A stretch of DNA of 64,000 nt from the human T2T-CHM13v2.0 reference genome, Homo sapiens: assembly GCF_009914755.1 (NCBI RefSeq), contig NC_060947.1, one strand, 5' to 3'. A program made the translations under genes and the position numbers. This document shows positions 25,930 through 39,623 of the stretch, one piece after another. The notes under the pieces were generated by a model. That model saw only the letters and a program-made list of their open reading frames with translations, had not been told where the DNA came from and did not search any database. Each line of letters begins with the position of its first letter. Positions within the stretch are counted from its first letter, which is position 1.

Positions 25930-26200
25930 AGCATTTGTAGTATTTGCGGTTAAGAGCCTGGATTTTCATGTAAGTCAACTCCAGGTTCAGCTTCCAGCTC
26001 TGCCAGTTACATATGGTGTGACTTTGAGCAAGTTACTTTGCTTTTCTGAACCTTATTTTCCCCACCTGTTAAGTGGGGATCATAATGGTACCCATCTTTC
26101 AGGCTTGCCATGGGTATTGAATGTTTCACTTAGTAAACATTTACAGTGTTTCACTCAGTGCCTGGCACATTGTATGTGTTCAATACATGGTAGCTATTGT
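25930..26200 (+). mobile_element. MIR SINE
   Basis: ggttaagagcctgga...agctctgccagttac...gtgactttgagcaagttact...cagtgcctggcacattgta. Confidence 0.85.
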
Positions 26201-26910
26201 CATCATCATTATCGTCATCATCATGAGAAAATAGAAACCTTCCAGAAACTGTCAGGGCAACGATTGCCACAGGCCGTTGTTGGCTACTAAAACTCTAGAC
26301 TCTGGAGAGCCTTGATGCCCTTCCTCTTTTACCCCGTCCCTGATGCTCCCCCAAGTAGCATGATGCCCAGTGGCCCACCAACCTCATTACCCAGCATTGC
26401 TGACAACAGGCACAGCCTTGGTCACTGTGAAAATGCCCCACAGCCTCAACCTCAGAAGTGGGAAGTATACTGCAGATTCACTCTATGCCAAGCACTATGG
26501 GATATCCACAGGAATGTGCCACAGTGAGGTAACTGCCCAGGGGATAGTAATTCCTTCATTTCTTTATACATTATGGATTCTACCATTTTGTTATTGGGTT
26601 ATTTTTCCCCTTGTCAAAGTAGCAATTTATCAGTTGAACTTAATTCTCTAATTAAATTTCAAATCTGAGAATTTACATGATGAAGTGAATTTGATTTTGG
26701 ACCCAGTCAATTTCAGTCAGCCCTAAACATATTTTGAAATGTTAAAGTTAAATTATATACGTTTGTGGAGGAAAAACTCCAGGAAAGCCTAAATTTTTCC
26801 AGGTCTTGCTTAGGGGATACCCTGCTCCAAGAAAACTTTTACAAAATGCAAATTTACAGAACAGATCCACCAAATGGGTGGGATTGGTGCTACCCTAGAG
26901 TTTTCTGTAG

Positions 26911-27256
<346 letters not shown>

Positions 27257-27499
27257 TAGTGAGATTTATCTACCCCCTCCACCCACCATACCACACGTAT
27301 CATAACAGAGGTCCCCCAACTTGGAGTTCTCCTCATTTCAAGGTACAGTTATTATAAAAAGAAGAGGACACCTGGGTCTCACAGCAGCCAGCTCTGCGGC
27401 CATTGCACAGTAGAACCTCAGTGGCCTTACAAAATATTCTTGCTGTTAGTCTACTTACTGCAATAACAAAAGTTTCACTTGGGCACTTTGATCACACAA

Positions 27500-28170
27500 A
27501 GCTTGGCACAGGCTTTGAAATCAGACAATACCTAGGTTCTAGTCTAGGCTCTGGCACTTAACTAATGGGTGATCATGGGCAGGTCGCTTAACCTTTTTGT
27601 GCCTCAGTTTCCTTATCTTTACAATGGGATTATAATAGTACCTCCTTCATAGGATTGTCCTGAGGATTCATTAATTGAAATGACCCTAGGAAAGGGTCAG
27701 TGCCTTACACTGAGTAAGTTCTCAGTAAATATTTATAATATCATCATCATCATCAATTATTATTATTATTAATTTACTTTACCAAAACACAGGTCCTGCT
27801 GAGCCATGTTGGCCAGACCACACCTAGAACAGCATGTCCAGTTTTAGGCTAATCTGTGTAAAATTCAGTGCCTGGACCATTGAAAGGGGCTCGATATATG
27901 GTGGAGGTATTATTGTTAATTAATGCTGCTGCTAACCTTCCTGGAGTGCATACAACATGCCAGGCACTGCATACGTGCTAATTCTATTAGTCCTCTTAAC
28001 CTTTACCACTCTATGAATAATATACAATTATTAATCCCTTTTGCAGATGAGAAAATTAAGGCACAGAAACGTTAAGTAACTCTCCCACAATTACAAAGCA
28101 TGGAAGTGGCAAACCCATAATTCAAGTCTAGACTCTCTTTTTCCAGAGCCTGGACTCTTAGCCACCATGC
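27500..28170. mobile_element. MIR cluster (one + copy ~27500-27740, one - copy ~27930-28170)
   Basis: gcctcagtttccttatctttacaatgggattataatagtacct, and ttttgcagatgagaaaattaaggcacaga. Confidence 0.8.
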
Positions 28171-28173
28171 CAA

Positions 28174-28336
28174 AGAGCTGTGCTGTCCACTGCTGTAGCC
28201 AGCAGTCACATGTAACTATTTAAATTAATAAAAAATTTAAAAAACAAGAATTCAGTTCTTCATTTTTACTAGCCACATTTCAAGTGCTACACACTTCATG
28301 TGGCCAGTGGCTACCATATTGAACAGCACAGCTCTA
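28174..28336. mobile_element. MER3/MER33-like hAT DNA transposon
   Basis: Inverted termini agagctgtgctgtcca...ttgaacagcacagctct; core tagccacatttcaagtgct. Confidence 0.85.
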
Positions 28337-31300
28337 GAGCATTCTATTCTTTCTGGGATGATTCAGCATCAACTCAGGAAGTTCTGTTGGATGGTGATGC
28401 TTACAGAGATTCTGTTTCTTACAAAATCTCAGACTTCAGTTGTACAGCTTTCTTGCATTGTTATTAATAGATGCATACTTATGATATATTGAAATCCCAT
28501 TTGCACTTGGCCAAGTAGGGTAATGGCAAGAAAAAAGCCAAGAAGCGTGACTTACATTACGTTTTCCTGTTTCCCCGGTGCATTATTTCAAATTCACAAA
28601 GTTGTCTCCTATCACCTCTCTTTGATATGGGGCAGGAGGCATTCATCAACTTGCCCAAAAATCCAGGTTCTTCCACATGTCTGCCTTCACCTCTTTGGGC
28701 TATCTGGATAATATTTAGTGCTCTAGCATAGTAACCTCACAAGTGACTTGAACAACGGAGGTTGGCTTCTGAAGTCAGTGAGCCACAGAGGACCTTGGAC
28801 TCTGAGCATCTTTGACACACTCATCAAGTCTCCAGTTCGCTTTCTTGGGTTTTCTCTGCTCATTTCTGTTACATGGTTAGTAAAGGCCAGGGAAAGAAAA
28901 GGTGTTGAGGATCCATTACCTTAATTCCAGAATGATTAAGTCAAGAAACCTACAAGCTCTCAGAAGCCAGTGGAATTAGAGTGCACTACTATAACCTTGC
29001 AAATGTGCATATGCCTCCTTCCGAATCACCAGAGTGGAGATTGGGCCAATATCCAATCTCGTCAATAATTTATAAAGCCAGAGCATTCATCCACTTCTTG
29101 CAAAGCAGCTGAATATCTATGGGGGTTAGTCATAATCTGAGCTCCTTGCACCAGAGCCATTTGAGCTACAGAATAGCACAGAGTGTCACAGAATAGCCAA
29201 AAGTGCAGAGTTATTTCAGTATGAAAGAAGGAGGAGCACCTGACTGCTCCTCGCCATGTGCAGAGGAGGAGCCCATGCATTTCCAAACCCAGGGGTTGCT
29301 TGGTTTCTAGCTTGGTTTCTGTCTGTACCCCATCTTGCTATTGTGTGACTTGAGTAAGCCCATCTCCACTTCCTCATCTTATTAGCTAGGAACAATCTAT
29401 CTCAAATTCACATGTGCACAGAGTTCAGTGCCCAGCACACTAAAGCATGTTCAGTAAATATGTTAGCTGATGTTATTTTCACCATATGATTATGATCACT
29501 CTCTGTTCTACTGATGGGTTTTATAAACCCACCAGCATTGAAAAGAGATGAGTAGATGTGCTAAAATGAGAGTAAAGGCTCAGTTTATCATTGGTGTTTA
29601 TCCCAAAAAAAAGACTAGCACAATGCTCACCAGATTATAATCTCCCAAGTGCCTAGAACATCATGCCAAGCTAGTAACATAGTAAAGTTTATTGAATTTT
29701 GCAAGTATTTGCTGAGCCCTTTGCCTGGGCTAGATACTGTCGGGGCACCAGAGGGATTTAGAGATGATTAAGACTTGGCCCAGCAAGAATGTTCAGTCAG
29801 CCAAGGGTATTCAGCCACAGGAGCTGGACCTGGAAAGAGAGGCAGAATTTCCAGGGTGGAGGAGCTTCATCTCGAAAGACACACAGAATTCCCAGAGTAC
29901 AATCATGGAGAAAGGGCATTCCAGGCTTGGCAAACCAAGGAGCACAAGCACAGAGGGCCGACCACACATGGCAGCCTGTCTGGAGAGCTCCAAGGAGATT
30001 GGTATGACTGGGGGTACGTGACATTATGGAACGCAAAACCTGGCTGCTGAGAGGGTGGATGTGCTTGCACTTGCATCTCTAGTCTTGGTGCGAGCCATTG
30101 GAGGATTTTTCAGGGGAAGGGAAACTGGGCTGACCTGGTTCCAGCAAACTCTCTGACAATCATGAGAAGCCCAGGGTCCAGGGGGATGAGTAAGTGTGAC
30201 CTCCAGGAAACGGGGCACCACTATCAGACTCTATCTGTCCCATGGCTTACTTCTGTGAGATTCGAAATAGTGTAGACCTTGTCAGTCCATGAGCTAGTAA
30301 TTATGCCCACCAATTACTGATTTATTTGCCTTTCTGAGATGTGCAGTGATCCCAAGGACAAAGATGGATTTACCTTATGTTTAGAAACTTCTAGAAGTTG
30401 AAATGTTCCTAACAACCTTTCCTGTGGAGGTTGTACCTCACACTTAGAGTGTGTGATAAGCAGTTTCTTTTCCTAATTAAATAAAATGGAGAAAAGACAC
30501 AAGCATCAGCTATAAAGCTCCCAGTCAGTCACAGTCAAGAGACTGAATCTCATCTCTTTTATTTATTTTTTGTGTTAACTGGGGATTGCATTGGTCTGCA
30601 CAGTGCTTGCTCCCATCCTGCTCCACTTGATTGAGTGGCTCCAGGCCCCCTCTTGATTGCTGCTGAAATAGAACTGCCCACACTGTCGGGGTATCTTCCG
30701 CCGCTGGTCATTTCCATGTGCCATCTGCAGTTTTTTCTGCCTGATGGACTACTGAGGCACTGCGTATGTTATGCTGATGGGGGGTCCTGTTTCTTGACCC
30801 ATCACTAATATCTTGCAAGTCACAGGAAGCTACCAGGGATTCCTGAGCAAAAGCTTAAAATGCTTCAGTTCTCTACAAATAAGCCCCATTCATTGCTTTT
30901 AGAGTGTGTTATCATGGAGCAGACAAGTAATCAGAACCTGAGTAATATTTGCATATTGAGGTCTTCAAAACTCCAGTGTGGCTATAAAATGGTATTTAAA
31001 GTTATCAAGGAGCTAGGTATGCAGGCAGAAAGAACTGTCCATTGTAGAAAGCAATGCCTCTGCTCATGTCCCAGATAACCTTGCTCCAAGGACAAACTGG
31101 AGCTTGATAACATGAAGCTGCAGATGGCCGGTGAGCTCAGCTCTGTACTCACTAACCACCCCATGGGAGGGGCACTGAGCCCTCTATGGTTGGCATAAAT
31201 CCCATTAGAATGGTAAAGAAATCCTTTTCACAAGTACATAGAAATCGCTTGCTAAGATTTCATGGGTTTTCTTGACTTTGTTGTTTTTGTTTGGGTTTTA

Positions 31301-31539
31301 GAGGGTGGGCATGAGTCATCTCTAAAACTGTTCAGGTAGTTAGGTTGTCTTCTTATTCCCATTTTTAAGTATTTATAATTTGTTCTTAAAAATTTGTCCG
31401 GAGGTCCACACCTCCCCTTGGAAAACCTTGCCTGTACTTTTCTTAATGGCACATTTTAAGTTTCTATGTTTCAAAACTTGCTTATCATATAACATGCTAA
31501 TGACTAAACACATGCACACCTCCACACCAATGCAAACGA

Positions 31540-31780
31540 CATGTGGGCTTGGGAACGAGGCAAGCCTGGGTTTGCATCCTGCTCTGCCACTAGTGGGCTG
31601 TATGATTTTGGGCAACTTAGTTAACCTCTCTGGGCCTCATTGGCCTCATTTGTAAAATAAGGGCAATAATAGTCCCTTTCTCATAGATGGCTATTTATAC
31701 AGATCGAATAAGACCAAATATTTAAAGAACCTGGGTTAGTGCCTAAAGCACAGCAAATGCTCAATAAATTCAGTGGTGGC
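31540..31780 (+). mobile_element. MIR SINE
   Basis: cctgctctgccactagtgggctgtatgattttgggcaacttagttaacctctctgggcctca...tgtaaaataagg. Confidence 0.85.
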
Positions 31781-32935
31781 AATTTTTATTGTTATTTCAA
31801 ATATTACATCAAAATATCTACTGAACTATTATCCATTGCAAAGACTTGCCCACAATAGGTGCTTAGTAAGTGTTTATTGCAATAAGTTGAAGTGATTCCA
31901 ACTATGTAGCTTAGATTTCGGGTATGAGTGTTTCCTTCTCCACTGGGATGTTTGCTAATGGACATAGATGATCACTCACAGCTCAGGTATTAAAAGCAGG
32001 AGAGTAGAGGTGTTCCTTCATGTAGAAAGAAGAGCAACTTCTCATCAAGGCAGGCTTCCAGCTGGTCCTTTGGACACCACTGTTGCTAAGCACTTGGTGT
32101 GCTCGTCAGGGTACCAGGGCTCTTAGCAGCCACCCATTTGCGTTTTGCAGCTTTTGCTGACATGGATATCAAGTATGAAGTTATTTTAATTGCCTTTGGC
32201 TGAAAAAAATGGGTCATATGTTCAATATGTTCAATTCTGGTGAAATCCCTGTCTTCTAAAGCATGATAGAAAGGGGAGGTCCCACCCACACACAAGTCCT
32301 AAAATCTTGGGGCCCTAGTGGGGTATAGTTCAACAAGGGCTGCAGCTCAGGACGTGGTTGTTGTGAGATTTACTCGTGACTGTTTGGTTTTGCACTCACC
32401 ATTTGGTTTTGCAGATTCCTCAGCGTGTTCACACACACATACCTACAAACCAGTTTAGAGTTGTGTGCTCCATTGTGGGGGGTGGTCACTGGGGTGGGGT
32501 GGGGTAGGGTGGGATCAGGCTTGGTCAAAGTCATTGCTGATGAACCAGCTATCTGACTTAGCTTTGTTCCCATTTTCAACAAGACAGTGATTTCTCAAGC
32601 CAGGGGAGTCTTCACATGAGATCCATGGATGGGTATTAAGTGGTCCAGAAAACCCCCCCAAATTAGATGTAAAATGTTGGTGGGCTGGAAAGGGGGAGAC
32701 ACCATAAGTGCTTTTTCTGTGGAGAGAAACCATAGCTTATAACTGGTTCTCAAAGAAGTCTATGACCCAAGACAAGCTAAGATCACAAAGCTGTTTGGTT
32801 TCGTTCCACCAAAGCAGTTGGTGGGTATAACCACAACACCCAGATGACCCAGCTAGACACTCAGGGCAGTGACAAGATCAGTCAGAACCATTTTGTGGCC
32901 AAGCAGCTGATGGATTGTTCAATCGGTTGTTGTAG

Positions 32936-33179
32936 ACTCATGTAGACAAAGCCTGCAAGCTTGGGGAAGCCAGGCACCCCCAGGTCAGCCTCGGGCGACA
33001 GCCCCCGTCCTGCCAGGCCCTGGGGAGTGAGTCCTTCCTGCCCGGCAGCTCCTTTGCTCATGAGCTGGCCCGAGTCACCTCCTCGTACAGCACCTCAGAG
33101 GCAGCGCCCTGGGGCAGCTGGGATCCGAAGGCCTGGAGGCAGGTGCCCGCTCCACTACTGCCTAGCTGCGACGCCACAG
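32936..33179 (+). CDS. MAMLD1: MAMLD1 244-nt exon (phase 0-1), THVDKACKLGEARHPQ...VPAPLLPSCDAT; frame-switching exon
   Basis: Acceptor ggttgttgtAG at 32934-32935, consensus donor CAG|GTAAGT at 33180, 81 codons + 1 nt, CpG-richer than the flanking intron. Confidence 0.88.
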
Positions 33180-33280
33180 GTAAGTCACTTCCCCCTGAGC
33201 CTCGCTTTCCTCATCTGTCAACGGGGCACAGTCCCCTGCTCAGCCTGCCCGCCTGCCTCACAGGGTTGTTGGGAGGAACA
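33100..33280 (+). mobile_element. MIR SINE overlapping the 3' end and donor of the 244-nt exon
   Basis: cctagctgcg...caggtaagtcacttccccctgagcctcgctttcctcatctgtcaacgggg...cctgcctcacagggttgttgggagga, compared with MIR core gggcaagtcacttaacctctctgagcctcagtttcctcatctgtaaaatgggg...cctacctcatagggttgttgtgagga. Confidence 0.85.
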
Positions 33281-35917
33281 CAGGAGGTGACAGCTCCGAA
33301 GGTAAAGCTCTGTCCACCCATGAGGGACTTCTAGTGCTTCCTGGGCCTGCTTGTTCTCTACTTTCTGCCCGGCATTCTTTGGCAAAGGGACAACCCAAGC
33401 AAGCAGAGTGCTCCAGGTGCCTCAGCCCCACCTCCAGGGAAATGAGTGGGGGATTGACCAGGGTGCAGCTGCTCTCTCCCTCAGCTGTATGCCTTCCAGT
33501 ACCCCGTTTCCATACCTACCTGCCTGTCTGTCCCTGAGGCCAGACTGGGAACCTGAGGGGGACAGGGGCTGTGCTTCTGCACCTCCGAAGCCCTGCACCT
33601 GATACCTGCCTGCTTGGCACCTAGTGGGTGCTCGGGAACTGCCTCTCCTGCCAGCCATCTGCTGTGGATTCCAAACCCCGCCCAGGACTCCCACACCCTA
33701 GAGGCAGGAAGTTGGATTGCCCTGCTGGAGGACTGGCAGTCTGGGTAGTACAGGCAGAAGGAATCCAAAGCAAGCTTGTCCAAGAGGCCTGTGAGTTGGG
33801 ATCATCCTCTAGATTCTAGAGTCTAGAAGGAATGGCTTGACTTGCCCCCAGAGTCGCATCAGTGGTCATGAGAGCAAGCGGATGGACACCAGCCAGAGGG
33901 GACCTTTGCAGAGAATTGCATCTGGTGCATAAAATATCAATGTGCACAGGATGTCTGCACTATCTGCAGAGAAAACTGGAGACATGAACATTTTCTAAGT
34001 GATAGTGATCAGAAGATGGTCATTAAGCTGAAAGGGCCTCCCAGGATTCTGGCCTTTAATGGAAATTCGGCTTTGGTATGTACAGCCTTGTTCTCTTTAT
34101 CCTGCCTGCCCTGGCCTGGAAGAACAAGCAGTGCTTTCCTTTCAAGGGCTATTGATTTCTCTCTCTCTCAGAGTCACAGAGCTCCTCAGCTGTTCACTCT
34201 TCAGCTGAAACCAGAGAAATCTTGTCCAGCACAAAGCTGCCAGGGAAACAGAATTAGCAAAACGGACGTCGTCCCCTCAGGATGTCGCTGTTTCCACCCT
34301 GGTCTGCCTTGCCTTTCCCTGTCTTTGGAAGCCACAGATGAAAGGATATCAGCTAGCTTGCCTTGAGAATTATTGTCCCTCACCTATTCTCTCTCTTCTC
34401 AAGCCAACAGCTTTCACCCAGCAGTGAAGTGGCAGAGCAGATTTGTGGCCCCAAATCTTCTCTAAGAACCTTGGAAATTGGCCCCACCTGAGGGCCTTTG
34501 AGGGTCAGGCCTGGCATCCACTAAATCCTCCCTGTCAACACAGCCACTTTGTCAGTCCAGCCTGTGAGTCAGTGCGAGACAGAGGATGCAGGCACCACAG
34601 GGGAAGAAGAAAAGCAAGCTGGAAATATATTTGTTTCCTTTGCCCGGGATCATTCCCAGCATCTAAACCAAGTTCTTCCCAGACCGGCCAAGACTGAGGA
34701 GGAGTCAGAATAGAGTTTGCAGCAGTCATAGATCATGTGGGAAGACAGAAAACAAAGGGTAAAAAGAATTTCATATACAGATCTCTGCCGTTTGCTTTCA
34801 GTGGCATTCATTTTGTGAAGCCCCCAGTGACAGCTTCAGACCAGTTCAAACCTGAGGGCAGCATCATTACCATGGGTGAGGTCTCTAGAAGGGCAAGGAA
34901 AGACCCCTAACATAGAAAATGGTGTGGCAGTTTCCAGTTCCCCATTGGGGTCCCATGACTTGACCTTAGGTTTCTGCCAGCACCTGCCCACCCTCCATCC
35001 CTTCACCCTACTGGGTGGTCATTAGAACATTATCTGCTTTGATTGATTTACTTGTGTCCATAAGAGTAGAGACACACGGTGTTATCCCCATGCCCGGAAC
35101 AGAGCCTGGCCCATAGTAGACCCATGACCATGTTTGTTAACTGAGTGACAGAGGGACTGACTGGACTGTCATGTAAGCAATACCTTCCCGTCAGGGTCTT
35201 GGGAAGGTAGGTTCAGGGGCCCCAGAGTTACTGTGGCCCGTATCCCTCTGGCTGCATTCTGGGCAACGCAAAAGGGCAGGTGTTCAGTGGGTTCCACCCC
35301 AGATCTCGGCGTTAACAGTCCACTGGGAGAAGTGGCCCAATTCGTGCTCATTACTCCGAGTGGTCCTGCCTCCCTGCAGGCATTCTGGAGAAGCTGAGTC
35401 ACAGGCTCTGAGAGTTAGGGGGAACTTAGGAAACAATCAAAACTTGCCTGCCATTCATTTTAGGAAGCCGTTGTAGTTTCTGAGGGACGACTAAAGGGAA
35501 TTTTTTCCTAAAAGCATCCATCCGTCCTCCAACTAGGCTTCAGATAGCAGTGTGTATGTTGTCACTATCTATGGGCCATGGCCAGTCAGAGCCCACGGGT
35601 CTCAGGGGGCTCCACCCATGTGGGGGTGGGGGTCCCCACAACTCAGATCTTGAATGTGTGGTGGTCCCATGCAGTATACTATCTTCCTGTCATTGCAAAG
35701 GGAAAGTCAGAAGGGTGAACGAGTTGTTTCTAATTCTGGCTTCCAAACAGTACAAAAGAAGGTTTTTTTCCTTGTGGAATACACTAGTGCTCAACCTTTG
35801 GGACAGATAGCTGAGCACCTTCTGCTGTGTGGCAGGCTGGCTCTCTGTGGGGGCACTCATGGAGCAGTGTCTGCTGGAAAAGGAGACAGGAGTTCCCTAG
35901 CATGGAGGGGTAGATAA

Positions 35918-36095
35918 TCTCCCCGCTCCCTCCCCTCTTCTGTCCTCCCTTCCCCTTCTCCCTCCTCCTCTACCCTCCCCTTTTTCCTCTCCCCTCCCCT
36001 TCCTCCTCCTCCTCTTCCTTCTCTTCCTCTTCTTTATTCTCTCTCCCTCTCAGTCTCCCCTTCCCTCCCTTCCTTCCTCCCTTCCTCCACATTCT
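35918..36095 (+). repeat. Polypyrimidine (CT/CCT) low-complexity tract
   Basis: About 175 bp almost entirely C/T. Confidence 0.9.
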
Positions 36096-38959
36096 TTATA
36101 AAACAAGGCTTTGGATCCATTCACTGCCATCCCCCAGAAGTCTTGTCATTTGAATTCTTGTCTGAGTCAGGATGCTCTCCTCCAAGGGCTCATAGGGCAA
36201 GGAACTTCAGCCCGAATCCGGCTAAAATCCAGGAACATTTTGTGGGCATCTGTCTCAGTCCCCGAATCGTTTGTCCTCTGCCTTTCCCCCGTTGGAGTCC
36301 TTTTGCCTGCTTAAGTGGTTGAATTGGTAATGAGATCATTCTTCCCATGCAGTGGTGAGAAAGCAGCACTCAGGTGATTGCACCTGGGTAAACAGGAGAC
36401 ATTAGCATGTGGTAGCTGGTGAGTGAAGCTGGTGCAGTGCCTGGCGTGGGCTCAGTTGTGCCAGCAGGCAGTGGTGGAGTTTGGGCTCTTTCCCCTCTCT
36501 CCTGCCCAGCACACAACCCCCAGGGACAGGTGGGGGCTTTACAGCTCCCTGGCGTCAGCCTAAAGCTTCTAGAAAGGCATCCCCAGGACTTCCAAGGTTG
36601 CCATCTTGGCTGAGACTGTCTGTGAATGTGGTCCCTTGTCTGACAGTGGGGGCTGGGAGGGGTGTGACAGAGGAAGAGCTGGGCCTTAGTTCTCTGGGGG
36701 TCACCATGAGAGAAGCACACCTGGGCTTGCATAGAACTCAGTGCTGCTTGTCAGTGTCACCTGGCACAACAGGACGTAGTGCCACAGTTGCAGCCCTAGA
36801 AAATTTGACGACCCCTTCATAGCTTTGTTTATAAAAGGCCACACGGCCTAGGCTGTCCTTCATAAGAGAGCAGAAAGCGAGTGTCCCAGTCACTAAGCAG
36901 CAACTTTCAGGCACGGTTTCCTCCTGGTCACTGAAACCATTTGTCATTTCCTGTTTTCTCCATTTTCCAACGATTCTAATTGTCAGTGTCAAAAGGCAAC
37001 AACTGTTTTCTTGGGGCTTATCTTTGGAGCACATTGATTCAGAACAAAGGATGGGAGCCTCCATCTGCAAAACAAAGGAAGCAGCCTCCTCGGGAGGCCT
37101 GGAGAGAATGCTCTGGCTCCTTTTGCCAGGGACAGCAGGACCAGCATAGGAGCAGAGGACTGGCGGTGCCTCTGGACACTGCCGTAAGGTGAAGAGACCA
37201 TGGAGGACCGTCGCTTGCTGGTGGCACCCCAGACTTGAAGATCCTGCAGAGCTGGCCACCGGCACCCAGGCTGGGTGTCAGCAGCGCTGTGTGGCCTTGG
37301 CAGTTTCCATAGTGATAGGCTGGCCAGCTTTTCCATTAGACTCCGGGGTCCTCTGGAATGTGTGCTTCCCGGGATGAAGACGCCCCAGCACCCGCTGAAG
37401 CCTGCCCTGCCCCGGCGTGGCCTTTCCTTTTGTCTGGCACGCCCCTGGGCTTGGCTTTCTCTTTCCGTCCCTCCCTTCGGACTTTACCGCACTTCCCCTG
37501 CTGTTTCCTTAGTCACACTCTCCAGCCTCCATCTGCCCCTGCCCCTGAACCCCTACCTCTGTACAACTGTGTTATTTGATGAAACTAATGCAGCAACCGG
37601 TGGGGATGGAGTTAAGGACCGTTTAGACCTAGCCAGCCACGCAGGAATCTGTCCCCAGAAGCAGCAGAAGCACCTGGTCTGCAGTTAGGAGATACTGTAC
37701 TTCTTAGCCGTGTCACCTTGGGCAAGTCATTTAACCTCTCTGAGCCTCTGCTGTCACATCAGTAAGCTGGGGACTGTAGATCTTCTGCCCTGATGTCCTG
37801 AGACTGGTACAAGAAGAGCCAAAGCGAAAGGACTGCCTTCAGAAATGGCTGCCAACCCTGACCATCTCAGGCAGATCCGGATGGTGTGGCCTTGGGCAGT
37901 GGTCATGTGACCCCCGTGCTCCTCAGTGTCCACATGGGGTGTTGCTAGATGACATAAAATAATGGGTGAGACGTGCTCAGTATAATGAGAGCTTGAGAAG
38001 GCAGATCCCACCCCCCATCCCCACCCCCACCCCTTGCCGCCTTGCCAATGCTTTGGCAGGGAGAGGGCAGCTCCATAGGGCAGCTGAGAAACAGCCCCTC
38101 ACTGCCCACACGGCAGCTCCAGTGGAGGGGGAGGCAGGGACCAGGACAGGAAGCAGGCTAAGGGCGGGATAGAAAAGCAAACCCCAGTCTGGTGGAATCG
38201 CTTCTGGTGTAGTCTTCCCGGTGCCATGTGTTTGTCCTCTCTGCCTTGGCAGGAACCAAGGCCAGGAACTGCTGCCAGGCCTGAGAGCCGGGCACAGTCC
38301 CAAGCACTGGGTCGCTACCCCGCCCCACTCCCACCAGCCCCACTGAGTGCAGAGAAGGGTTCCCAGAAGCCCTTTGCTGGAAAAGCAGGCACTGCACGGG
38401 CAGCCCGTGTTGTAGAGGCAAGTCCTCTGGCATCTTGGGGGGGACACAGACCAGAAAGTGGACTTGGAGCTTGTGCTCCCAGACAGAGCTGCCTTGGTGG
38501 TTGAGAAGGGGAGAGAGATGGCAGCAGTTGAGCAGAGATGGCCGGGCTCCCCTCACTGTGTGGGGTGAGGCTTCAAGCACTGGACTGGGAGTCAGACCTG
38601 GATCCGAGTCACAACCTGACACCAACCGGCTGAGGGTCTCAGAGCAAGTCATGCCTTTTCTGGGTCTGGGGGCCTTCATGTTATTCCCTCCTGGCTATGT
38701 TCTTCCCCTTTGCTCCTTGAGCCGATCCCAGACTGAGTGCTGAAACTGCGGCCTTGAAACTTGGCTCGCTCCTCCCCCTGCCCACCCAGCCAGCTTTCAG
38801 ATGGAGACAGGAAGCTCCTCCCAATTGCCTATGCTGCAACTAGTCAGGAGAAGGGCGGGAGGTTGGCAGTAAGTGTTTGGCTACTCCCAGTGTTGGAGAC
38901 TGTGTCCACCTGACCATGTGATCATCTGGCCGTTCATGCCAGGACCACCAGGAACAAGC

Positions 38960-39465
38960 CTCAGTCCTCTTCTCAATGTCCTTTCCCTATGACAGCCCTG
39001 CAGAGGCTAGGTATCCACCACTACATAGCCCACAGTCTGCTCTGCCCCAGCCACAGCATCCTTGGCTTGCTCAGCCATTCTTTGTCTGGGTAGTTTGAAG
39101 TCCAATCCCCACTCTCATTACTTACCATCCTCTGAATGCAGCCAGTCTGTCTGGGTCTCCCTGAGACTGGCATGCCCAGACTCCTGTGGGTATAGTCTGG
39201 CCAAGGCAGAGTTAGCATAGGACTGTCACCTCCCTCCTTCTACATACTCTGCTTCTATTAATGCAGCCTAATGTTACATTTGTTCTTTTGGTGACCGCAT
39301 CTCACTGCTGACCCATCCTGAGCAGATGGACATCCAAAATGCCTAAAACTTTTTTCTGTGTGCTCTTGCTATTAAGTTCTGTCTCTCCTGCCCCATTCTA
39401 TGCTGTTGCAGTTGTGTTTTTAACCCAGGTGCAGAATCTTACTTTATTTATACCTGTGGAATTTT
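38960..39465 (-). mobile_element. L3/CR1 LINE fragment
   Basis: gtctggccaaggcagag...aggactgtcacctccctc...cttctattaatgcagcctaa...cactgctgacccatcctgagc, typical of antisense L3. Confidence 0.7.
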
Positions 39466-39623
39466 GCTCGAGAGGGTGGGGCATGCATGCGAGTGTATGC
39501 TGGTGTGTTTATTCATGCTTTCTGCTGCACCAAAGCCAAGTCCTAGGTCCCCACGCAGCGATCCTAAGGCTAATTATTAATTGGTAGCTGTAATCTAATT
39601 TGTCTTTTTCATCTTCTGTTTAG

